A stretch of DNA of 64,000 nt from an uncultured Chloroflexia bacterium (lineage in GTDB: Bacteria > Chloroflexota > Chloroflexia > DTKN01): NCBI GenBank assembly GCA_964592645.1, contig CAZQFV010000017.1:306-64305 (forward strand). Direction: 5' to 3'. The notes beneath the pieces are model-generated. The model was not told where the DNA came from and ran no database searches. It worked only from the letters and a program-made list of their open reading frames with translations. A program made the translations under genes and the position numbers. Positions 1-7,533 of the stretch are shown in pieces; the first letter of the stretch is position 1; every line of letters starts with the position of its first letter.

Positions 1-192
1 GGAAGCAGCGCGCACTGGGTGAACCATGCGGCGGGCTATCCGGGACGATTCGGATGGCAAGAGGGCTACGGGGCATTCTCGTTCAGCAAACGCTCGTTGG
101 CTGCGGTTGTGCGCTATGCCGTGGAACAGCGGCAGCGCCATGAAAGAGGCAAGTTGCTGCCGGAGATGGAGCGGATCGAGGCCGCGGAATGA
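1..192 (+). mobile_element. IS200/IS605-type (Y1, RAYT-like) transposase, C-terminal end only; the gene runs off the left edge
   Basis: Frame 1 is open from nt 1 to TGA 190-192 and reads ...GRFGWQEGYGAFSFSKRSLAAVVRYAVEQRQRHERGK... This resembles the conserved C-terminal 'WQ.GY.AFSVS...V..YI.NQ..HH' block of Y1 transposases. Only 63 codons are visible. Confidence 0.55.
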
Positions 193-366
193 GCCGACCG
201 ACCGCCGGAAGCTTGCCAGGTGCGCTCCAAAAGTTGTGGGCAGACAGTACGACGCCGGTTTCCCCACCTGGCCGGACTGGCGCTAGCCTCCGGCGGGTGC
301 GGGCCGGCGGGATTAGGCAGTCCCGGCAGCGCTGGCTGCCGTGCTGTAGGGCCAGGCCGACAAACC

Positions 367-516
367 GCCCGGGTTTTGCGCGGGGGCTCGTGGAACAACA
401 ATCGAGAGAACGGGCGTTCCGCGTACCGCAACAACGACAACCCCGAGAACGACAACGACAACGGGGGTTTTCGTTGTTGTTTAGCGGCCAATCGTTCTGC
501 GCCTGTGCGTGGATAG
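367..516 (+). pseudogene. Orphan 3' fragment of an FGE-sulfatase (SUMF1-like) domain gene
   Basis: The tail of ORF 220..516 reads RVLRGGSWNNNRENGRSAYRNNDNPENDNDNGGFRCCLAA, the canonical end of the FGE-sulfatase fold. Nothing upstream in that frame is FGE-like. The DNA is a close direct repeat of 3376-3500. Confidence 0.6.
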
Positions 517-752
517 CATACCCCGCCCCGCGGGGTGGCTATAGGGCCGGAATGTGGCCCATTCCCTTTGGGGATGGGCCGCGCGCGCCCCAGGAGAGAA
601 CGCCAGGCCTGGTCCTGCCGGCCCCCGTGGGCCGGCGAATATAGCCGCGGGCCCGGCCCCCTGTGGTAGGCCGCGCGCGGTTCGACGCTTGGGGCCGGGC
701 CCAACCAGAAGACGGCGCGCGGCCGGCGGCGTGAGCGTGAGGAGGACACCCG

Positions 753-3518
753 ATGACCGATCCCTATTCCCGCTACGAACAGGGCGTGGAGGAGCTGCTG
801 GCGCGCCTGGGGAAAGACCATCCCCAGTACGCCGCCGCCCTCGTCCAGCAGACCCGCCTCCTGGAGAACATCGCCTCTACCCGGCGCTACGGCCCGACCG
901 AGGAGCTGCGCCACGAGCGCGCCGAGGTCCTGGATCGCCTGCATGAGCTGGCGCTGGCGGCCGGCGCGCGGTCCTTCCTCGACCTGTGCCCGCCCGGCCC
1001 GCCGGAGGAGATCTCTCCCGCCGCCCTGCTCCCGGCCTACTACCGCGCCCTGGCCGCCGACTGCCGCCGGCTGCCCCTGGGCGTGGTGGCCCCCCGCTTT
1101 GTGGAGGCCGGCCCGGCGGACCGCGTGCCCCTGCCCGACGTCTACGTGGACCTGGACGTCCTGGCCCCGGCGCGCGAGGAGCAAGAGCGGGCCGGCAAAG
1201 CCTTCCTGGAACGGATGGCCCGCGGCGAGGGCCGCGAGCGCACCCCCCTCCTGGAGGCCATCGCCCACCCCCAGGTCACCCGCTTTGTGCTGTTGGGCGA
1301 CCCCGGCTCGGGCAAGACCACCTTTGTCAACTACCTGACCTACCTGCTGGCCGACGCCGCGGGCGCCGGCGGGGCGGCGCCGCTGCCGGCCGGCTCCCCC
1401 CTGGCCGGCCTCCTGCCGTTCCGCCTGGTGCTGCGCGAGGTGGGCGCCCGCTGCATCCCCGCCGCAGCGGCCCGGGGCGAAGCGCAGATGCTCTGGAACG
1501 CCCTCCGCGCCGACATCGCCGCCCGCCTGGGCGAGGAGGCCGCCCAAGCGCTCTTCCCCATGCTGCAGCAGCGCCTGCTGGGCGAGGGCGGCCTGGTGCT
1601 GCTGGACGGGCTGGACGAGGTGCCCGAGGCCGACCGGCGGCGACAGTGCCTACTGGAGGCGGTGGCCGACCTGGCCGGCCTGCTGCCGGCCGGCCGCAGC
1701 CGCGTCCTGGTCACGGCCCGGCCCTACGCCTACGCCGCGCCCCACTGGCGCCTGGCGGAATTCGCGACCCTGCTGCTGGCGCCCCTGGACGGGGCGCAGC
1801 AGGAACGCTTCATCGGGCGCTGGTACCAGGCCGTGCGCCCGGCGATGAAATGGGACGAGGCCACCGCTGCCGGGCGGGCCGGGCGGCTGCGGCAGGCGCT
1901 GGCCGAGCGGCCCTACCTGGCCGACCTGGCCAGCAGGCCGCTCCTCTTGACGCTGATGGCCACGCTGCACACCAGTTGGGGACAGCTCCCGGAGGACCGC
2001 GCCGACCTGTACGAGGAGACGGTCAAGCTGCTCCTCAGCCGCTGGCAGCGCGGCGGGGAAGCGCGTGGACCGGATGGCGAAGCGGTGCTCGATCCGGGCG
2101 TGGCCCGGGTGTTGGCGCTGGAGGAGGGCCGGGTGCGCCCGGCGCTGCACCGGTTGGCCTACACGGTGCACGAGCGCCAGCGGCAGAGCGGGGAGGCGGA
2201 GCGGCCGGCCGACATCGGCGCGGGCGAGGTGCTGGCCGCCTTTGCCCCGCTCCTGCCGGAGGACCTCAACCCGCGGCTGCTGGTGCGCTACCTGGAGACG
2301 CGGGCCGGCCTGCTCCTGGCCCGCGCCCCCGGGGTGTACGCCTTTCCGCACCGCTCCTTCCAGGAGTACCTGGCGGCCTGCTACCTGGCCGAGGAGACGG
2401 ACCTGGCCGCGGCGCTGCAGGAGCGCGTCTGGCAGGACCCGGCCTGGTGGCGGGAGGTCTTTTTGCTCGGCGTGGGCAAGGCCCGCCAGGGCGGACTGAG
2501 CTATGCCGTGCACGTGGTCAACACCCTGCTGCCCGAGGGGCCGGAAGAGGTGGCGGGGAAAAGCGCCACGCACTGGCAGGCGGCGGTGTTGGCCGGGCAG
2601 GCGCTGGCCGACCTGCGCTTTCCCGGCGTAGCCCAGGACAAGCCGCCCCTGCAAGCGGTGTTGAAGCGCGTCCAACGTTGGCTGGTGGCGCTGCTGGAGG
2701 CGCCCGCCGACCTGGCGCCGCGCGAGCGGGCCGCCGCCGGGGACGTGCTGGCCCTCCTGGGCGACCCACGCCCGGGCGTGGGGCTGGACGCGGCCGGCCT
2801 GCCGGACCTGGATTGGGTGGCGGTGCCGGCCGGCCCGTTTCGGATGGGGGATGATAGGAGCGGAGAAAGGGACGAGCGGCCGGCCCACGAGGTACACCTG
2901 CCGACCTTCCGCCTGGCCCGCTACCCGGTGACCAACGTCCAGTACGCCGCCTTTGCGCGGGCCACCGGGCGGATGTGGCGCGGGGCCGACTTTGCGCCGC
3001 GGCAGGCCCACCACCCGGCGGTCTATGTCACCTGGCACGACGCCGTAGCCTTTTGCGAGTGGCTGACGGCGCGCTGGCGCGAGGCCGGCCGGCTCGGGGC
3101 GGACGAGGTGGTGCGGCTGCCCACCGAGGCGGAGTGGGAAAGAGCCGCCCGGGGGACAGACGGGCGGGAATACCCTTGGGGAGAATGGGCCGCCGGCCGG
3201 GCCAACACCTTGGAGAGCGGGATCCACGCGACCAGCGCGGTCGGCTGTTTCGCCGCCTGGAACAGCCCTTGCGGCTGCGCCGACATGACCGGCAACGTCT
3301 GGGAGTGGTGCAGCAGCCTGTACAGGCCCTACCCGTACCGGGCGGACGATGGCCGGGAGAAGGCCGGGGCCGGCGGCAGCCGGGTTTTGCGCGGGGGCTC
3401 GTGGAGCGACACTCGAGAGGACGGGCGTTCCGCGTTCCGCGACAGCGACTTCCCCGGGCTCGACATCGACTTCGGGGGTTTTCGTTGTTGTTTAGCGGCC
3501 CGGCCGTTCTCTCCATAA
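753..3518 (+). CDS. STAND NTPase: N-terminal helical adaptor (EAD-like) + NACHT P-loop NTPase + helical repeats + C-terminal FGE-sulfatase domain
   Basis: 921-aa ORF. Walker A is RFVLLGDPGSGKTTFVNYL and Walker B is GGLVLLDGLDEV. The C-terminus has YPVTNVQYAAFARATG, VTWHDAVAFCEWL, RLPTEAEWERAARG and RVLRGGSW...GGFRCC, which is FGE-sulfatase. GAGGAGG lies 7 nt upstream of the ATG. Confidence 0.9.
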   Translation: MTDPYSRYEQGVEELLARLGKDHPQYAAALVQQTRLLENIASTRRYGPTEELRHERAEVLDRLHELALAAGARSFLDLCPPGPPEEISPAALLPAYYRALAADCRRLPLGVVAPRFVEAGPADRVPLPDVYVDLDVLAPAREEQERAGKAFLERMARGEGRERTPLLEAIAHPQVTRFVLLGDPGSGKTTFVNYLTYLLADAAGAGGAAPLPAGSPLAGLLPFRLVLREVGARCIPAAAARGEAQMLWNALRADIAARLGEEAAQALFPMLQQRLLGEGGLVLLDGLDEVPEADRRRQCLLEAVADLAGLLPAGRSRVLVTARPYAYAAPHWRLAEFATLLLAPLDGAQQERFIGRWYQAVRPAMKWDEATAAGRAGRLRQALAERPYLADLASRPLLLTLMATLHTSWGQLPEDRADLYEETVKLLLSRWQRGGEARGPDGEAVLDPGVARVLALEEGRVRPALHRLAYTVHERQRQSGEAERPADIGAGEVLAAFAPLLPEDLNPRLLVRYLETRAGLLLARAPGVYAFPHRSFQEYLAACYLAEETDLAAALQERVWQDPAWWREVFLLGVGKARQGGLSYAVHVVNTLLPEGPEEVAGKSATHWQAAVLAGQALADLRFPGVAQDKPPLQAVLKRVQRWLVALLEAPADLAPRERAAAGDVLALLGDPRPGVGLDAAGLPDLDWVAVPAGPFRMGDDRSGERDERPAHEVHLPTFRLARYPVTNVQYAAFARATGRMWRGADFAPRQAHHPAVYVTWHDAVAFCEWLTARWREAGRLGADEVVRLPTEAEWERAARGTDGREYPWGEWAAGRANTLESGIHATSAVGCFAAWNSPCGCADMTGNVWEWCSSLYRPYPYRADDGREKAGAGGSRVLRGGSWSDTREDGRSAFRDSDFPGLDIDFGGFRCCLAARPFSP

Positions 3519-3537
3519 TGCTGGTTGCTGGCTGCTG

Positions 3538-3566
3538 GGCCAATTCGGGCAGAGCCCGAATTGGCC
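3538..3566 (+). repeat. Perfect 13-bp-stem hairpin (GGCCAATTCGGGC aga GCCCGAATTGGCC)
   Basis: Read directly from the sequence, 20 nt after the NACHT stop codon. No T-run follows it. Confidence 0.8.
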
Positions 3567-3581
3567 TGCTGCGGGGGGAGT

Positions 3582-3609
3582 CCAGAGGGGGGCGAATGCC
3601 CCCCTCTGG
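3582..3609 (+). repeat. Perfect 12-bp-stem hairpin (CCAGAGGGGGGC gaat GCCCCCCTCTGG)
   Basis: Read directly. It is the second of three consecutive hairpins after the NACHT gene. Confidence 0.8.
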
Positions 3610-3610
3610 T

Positions 3611-3632
3611 GGCCGCGAAGCGGCCGATTTTT
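3611..3632 (+). terminator. Rho-independent terminator candidate
   Basis: GGCCGC-gaa-GCGGCC stem-loop followed immediately by GATTTTT. Confidence 0.6.
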
Positions 3633-3668
3633 GGAGGCTCCGCGGGAGGTAACGTTGCGAGGCGCGCG

Positions 3669-4334
3669 ATGACCGTCCAGATCGACGATGCCGGGTGGGG
3701 CTCCCTGGTCGGCTCCACCGTCATCGGGGCCTACCGCACCGAGACCGGGGAGTTTGCCTGCGTCGAGCTGCCGATGGCCTGTTTTCGCGGCGCGGCCTTT
3801 CGCCGCAAAGCCTATCTCGACGCCGTCGTCGCGGCCGTCCGCGAACTGGTGGAGCGGTTGGGCGTGGCGAAAAAGGAAACGGTGCAGGTCTGCTCCGGGT
3901 ACGTCCTGGAGCGGGCCCGGCAGTGGCTGCGCGGCCAGGGGTATCACGTCGAGGTCGGGCGCATCACCGGCCCGCTGCAGGAGCTGGTGGAGGCGGCCTT
4001 TGCCCAGACGCTGGAGCGCATCGGGTTCCATGGGCCGGCGGACGCCGCCCCCCATCCCGCCCGGGCCTTTTTCGCGGCGCTCACGTGGCTCAAAGGCGGC
4101 GACCCCACCGCCACGCGGGCCCGGCCGGAGCGGGAGCGCTGGGCCAAGACGGGGTGGCCCTCGTACCGCGCCTGGATTGGGCGGCGGGCAGATTCCGACC
4201 GCGCCGCAACCGCCGCGGGGCGCAGACCGAGAAGAGACTCCAAGCACGCGCCGCCGTCCCTGCGACAGGCTAAGGGCGATGCCTCGGCGGCACGGGGCCG
4301 CCCGCGCCGGCCCCGGCGCGGGGCGCAGCGTTAG
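3669..4334 (+). CDS. Hypothetical protein; the N-terminus carries an RNase HII-like 'IDDAGWGSLVG' motif and the tail is basic and Arg/Pro-rich
   Basis: ATG at 3669, 6 nt after GAGG. Reads MTVQIDDAGWGSLVGSTVIGAYRTETGEF... Lies between the NACHT and SIR2-CHAT genes. No confident family assignment by eye. Confidence 0.6.
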   Translation: MTVQIDDAGWGSLVGSTVIGAYRTETGEFACVELPMACFRGAAFRRKAYLDAVVAAVRELVERLGVAKKETVQVCSGYVLERARQWLRGQGYHVEVGRITGPLQELVEAAFAQTLERIGFHGPADAAPHPARAFFAALTWLKGGDPTATRARPERERWAKTGWPSYRAWIGRRADSDRAATAAGRRPRRDSKHAPPSLRQAKGDASAARGRPRRPRRGAQR

Positions 4335-4366
4335 CGGCCCGCGCCGGCCCGCCGGAGTCGGTACGG

Positions 4367-4512
4367 CGGAGGCGCGGAGAAAGGTCGGACGCCTCCGGCT
4401 ACGAGGTGCCAGCCCCGTTGGGGCTAAAACCAAGCCTGACGGTTCGGCTGTAGCCGCCGGCAGCGCCGGCGAAACGCAGGCCCGCAGGGCCTGCCATCTC
4501 GTAGCCGGAGGC
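4367..4512 (+). other. Highly structured GC-rich intergenic element (possible ncRNA, leader or REP-like unit)
   Basis: A 15-bp perfect inverted repeat (GCCTCCGGCTACGAG 4391-4405 / CTCGTAGCCGGAGGC 4498-4512) encloses three hairpins at 4411-4425, 4455-4471 and 4477-4493. An upstream CGGAGGCG (4367-4374) can pair instead with 4390-4397. Confidence 0.4.
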
Positions 4513-4636
4513 TTGCGAAACCCGGTCGGCTAAGATGACAAGCATGCGCCGCGATGCCGGGGGTGGGCGGCGGGGTCGGTTGGCGGCAGCCTCCGGCGGC
4601 GCCGGCCCCCAGCATAGCGCAAAGGAGCAAGACACG

Positions 4637-7132
4637 ATGGCGCAACACGACTACCAGGACTTGTACGACAAGCTCGCCCGCGGCCAACTGGCCCTCTTCC
4701 TCGGCGCCGACCTGCCACGGGCGGTCACCGGGCTGCCCGCGCGGGCCGAGCTGGCCCAGGGGCTGGCCGCGCGCCACGGGCTGGGCGCGGGCCTCTCGTG
4801 GGCCCAGGCCGCCCAGCGCGCCGCCCGCGGCGGGTTCGTCAACGACCTCATCCGCTACCTCGGCGACGAACTGGAGCCGCCGCGCCGCCGGCCGGCCCGC
4901 CTCCACGAGCTCATCGTCCGGCTCGGCGCGCCCGTCGTCCTCACCACCGCCTATGACGACCTGCTCAAGCTGGCCTATGAAAAGGCGGGAGTCGCCTTCA
5001 ACCATGTCGTGGACGATGCCGACGTGCCCTTTATCCAGGCCGGCCGGCCCACCCTGCTGCGCCTCTATGGGGCCCTCTCCCGACGAGGCAGCCTGGTCCT
5101 GACCGAGGACGACCAGTACGGCCTCCTGCGCGACCGGCGCAAGGAAGCGCTGCTTGGCGAGGTGCGCGGCGTGCTGGCCAAGCACACCATCCTCTTTCTC
5201 GGCTACGATCTGGCCGACCCCGACTTTCACTTTCTCTGGCGCGAGGTGCTGGAGCGGGCCGGCAAGTTCGCCCTGGGGGCCTACGCCGTCTGGCCGGGGC
5301 TGCCGGAGGGGGAGCGGCGGGTCTGGGAGGAGCGGCGGGTGCGGGTGATCGATGCAGAGCCGCTGGCCGTACTGGAGGCGTTGGTGGGGACGCGGCCGGC
5401 CCCGTCGCCGCCGGCGGCGACCCCCGCGGCCGCGCCCAAGTACGAGATTCACATCGGGCAAGGCACCGGCGTGGTGATCGGCGATGGCGCCCAGGTGAAC
5501 CAGCAGATCGGCGGCGAGGCCCCGCGAGCGGGACCGGCGGCGGTTCCCGCGGTTGGCGCCGGGCAAACGGGCCGTATGGACTACCCCCGCGGCTTTCAGA
5601 GATTGCAGGAGTATCTCGCTCAGACTGCGCCCGCCCGGATGGCCGAACTGGCGACGCTGGAGGAGCGCTTCCAGAAGAACGAACGCGCCGAACGGCTCTA
5701 TGGCGGCAGCGAGAATACCCGTCACGAGCGTTCGCAGATCATCCATGCCCTCAACGTGTTGGCGCTGGAGACCCTGGGGATCAGCTTCAACGACCTGTGC
5801 ATGGGAGTGCCGTATTCCGGCCGGCCGGCGGCAGCGCCGGGAACAATCGAGCCGTTGCCTACAACGGGGCCGGTACAGCAACCCGTGCCGGAGATCTCGG
5901 CCGCCCCGCGCATCCCCTTCCAACTACAGCTCACCCGGCGGGGCCAGCAGAAAGTGGAGGTCCGCGCCTTGCAGACCCCCCTGGGCGAGCCACACGCCGT
6001 AGTCCAGTTGCCCTACACCGAAGTCGAGTTGAGCGTCGTGCTCAAGGCGCTGCGGCTGCGGCAGTATACTCCGGAGACTTTTCCCGATGAGCAGCGCGAA
6101 ATCCTGGCGCAGTTGGGGTTCTTGCTGGCCGGCGACCAACTCGATCCGGCCATTTTGTGGCGTGTAGGGCAGACCCTGTACGACACCTTGATGGCGGGCG
6201 AGATCAATACGGCCTTTCAAATGGCCTTGAACCAAATCCCCGGCCAGGGGGTAGTTTCCCTGCAACTGCGCTTTGACGAGGACGCCGTCGAGTTGGCCCG
6301 CTACCCCTGGGAACTCCTCTACTGCCGACAGCCGCTGCTTCCCAGCGGGGCCGTCGAATTGACCCGCTATATCAGCTATGCCCAGGCGGCGTCTCCCCTG
6401 GGGGTCACTCCGCCCCTGCGCCTGCTGTACATCCAATCGCGCCCCAGGGGCGTCCCGACGCTCGCCAACACCGAGCAAAAGGTCGCCCGCCAAGCCCTGG
6501 CCCCACTCCAAGAAGAGGGACTGTTGCAGGTCGACACACTTCCCCGCCCCACCTTTGAAGGGCTGCTGGATTACCTGGAGTCCTATCCGGTCCACATCCT
6601 CCACTTTGACGGCCACGGGGTGTTTGCCCGCCGCTGTCCTGTATGCGGTGAGCTGAACGCCCCGACAGCAGAACGGTGCTGGGGGCAGAAGGGAGGCCGG
6701 GCCTGTGGCCGGCCGCTGGCCCAGATCGCTCCCCAGGGCTACCTGGCCTTCGTCGGTCCGGGGAGAAAGGTCGACCCGATCGGCAGCGTGGATCTGGCCA
6801 CGCTCCTGTCGCGCCGCGGGGTGCGCTTGGCCGTGCTCTCGGCCTGTTGGAGTGGGGCGGTGCGGGGCGAGACGCTGTTCGGCGGCGTGGCCCCGGCGCT
6901 GATCCAGGCCGGCCTGCCGGCCGTCGTCGCCACCCAACTGCCAATCGGCGTCGACGCGGCGGCCAGGTTCGCGCAGGGCTTCTACCGGGCCCTGTCGCGT
7001 TTCGAAACGCTTCCTGCTGCCGTCAACGCCGGGCGCATCCGTATTCTGAACACCCAAGAGTGGTTTATCCCCACCTTGTACCTGCGCAGCCAGGACAGCG
7101 AGGGTAGGCTCTTTGTCCGCCAAGGAGGGTAG
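4637..7132 (+). CDS. SIR2-like domain + helical adaptor (EAD-like) + CHAT (caspase-like) protease fusion protein
   Basis: ATG 4637 follows AAAGGAG (4621-4627). The N-terminus matches the SIR2_2 pattern: LALFLGADLP, VVLTTAYDDLL, LLRLYGAL, ILFLGYDLADPDF. The C-terminal CHAT dyad is HILHFDGHG (His) and RLAVLSACWSG (Cys). Confidence 0.9.
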   Translation: MAQHDYQDLYDKLARGQLALFLGADLPRAVTGLPARAELAQGLAARHGLGAGLSWAQAAQRAARGGFVNDLIRYLGDELEPPRRRPARLHELIVRLGAPVVLTTAYDDLLKLAYEKAGVAFNHVVDDADVPFIQAGRPTLLRLYGALSRRGSLVLTEDDQYGLLRDRRKEALLGEVRGVLAKHTILFLGYDLADPDFHFLWREVLERAGKFALGAYAVWPGLPEGERRVWEERRVRVIDAEPLAVLEALVGTRPAPSPPAATPAAAPKYEIHIGQGTGVVIGDGAQVNQQIGGEAPRAGPAAVPAVGAGQTGRMDYPRGFQRLQEYLAQTAPARMAELATLEERFQKNERAERLYGGSENTRHERSQIIHALNVLALETLGISFNDLCMGVPYSGRPAAAPGTIEPLPTTGPVQQPVPEISAAPRIPFQLQLTRRGQQKVEVRALQTPLGEPHAVVQLPYTEVELSVVLKALRLRQYTPETFPDEQREILAQLGFLLAGDQLDPAILWRVGQTLYDTLMAGEINTAFQMALNQIPGQGVVSLQLRFDEDAVELARYPWELLYCRQPLLPSGAVELTRYISYAQAASPLGVTPPLRLLYIQSRPRGVPTLANTEQKVARQALAPLQEEGLLQVDTLPRPTFEGLLDYLESYPVHILHFDGHGVFARRCPVCGELNAPTAERCWGQKGGRACGRPLAQIAPQGYLAFVGPGRKVDPIGSVDLATLLSRRGVRLAVLSACWSGAVRGETLFGGVAPALIQAGLPAVVATQLPIGVDAAARFAQGFYRALSRFETLPAAVNAGRIRILNTQEWFIPTLYLRSQDSEGRLFVRQGG

Positions 7133-7136
7133 AACG

Positions 7137-7496
7137 ATGGCGATTACGCTGCGGAAACTGATCGACCAGGTCCGGGATGAGCTCTTGTCCGCTCCCCAGG
7201 AACCCACGCCGGAGGCGCTGTACCCCTTTCTGTTTGTCGAGGAAGTCGAGTTGGAACTCAACGTGGCCATTACGGCGGGAGGCAAGGGCGGCGGCAAGGT
7301 CAGCATCCAGATTGTGGAGCTGGGTGGGGAGACCGCCTACTCCCGCGAGCAGACCCACCGGATCAAGGTCAAGATGACCCCGCTGCTGACCAAGGACGAG
7401 GTGCGCGCGCAGCTGCAGCAGGACAAAGGGGTGTGGGACCGTATCCAACACCTGGCCCTGGTCGCCGCGACGAAAGAGATTCCGCTCGCCGGATAG
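7137..7496 (+). CDS. trypco2 (trypsin-co-occurring domain 2) family protein
   Basis: ATG 7137 lies 7 nt after AAGGAGGG and 4 nt after the upstream stop. LYPFLFVEEVELELNVAITAGGKGGGKVSIQIVELGGETAYSREQTHRIKVKMTP fits the trypco2 signature (F.V.EVELEL.V....G..G......G......TH.IK..L.P). Confidence 0.8.
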   Translation: MAITLRKLIDQVRDELLSAPQEPTPEALYPFLFVEEVELELNVAITAGGKGGGKVSIQIVELGGETAYSREQTHRIKVKMTPLLTKDEVRAQLQQDKGVWDRIQHLALVAATKEIPLAG

Positions 7497-7533
7497 GGCG
7501 ACGCAGCGCTGGCGGCCCTATTCCCTCCCCGGT

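Noticed and set aside
114-3227. Long minus-strand ORFs (114..1547, 1650..3227) and plus-strand out-of-frame ORFs (986..2854 and others) overlapping the NACHT gene
   Set aside because: Their translations are Arg/Gly/Pro/Ala-rich with no motifs. They lie antisense or out of frame to a gene with clear NACHT and FGE motifs. This is typical of spurious open frames in ~70% GC DNA.
4391-4512. Retron-like msr/msd reading of the inverted-repeat-flanked structured element
   Set aside because: No reverse transcriptase gene lies anywhere nearby and no conserved branching-G context is visible. It is kept only as an unclassified structured element.
4424-7306. Minus-strand ORFs 4424..5923 and 5924..7306, antisense to the SIR2-CHAT gene
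   Set aside because: Low-complexity composition, no RBS and no recognisable domains. The sense frame has strong SIR2_2 and CHAT signatures.
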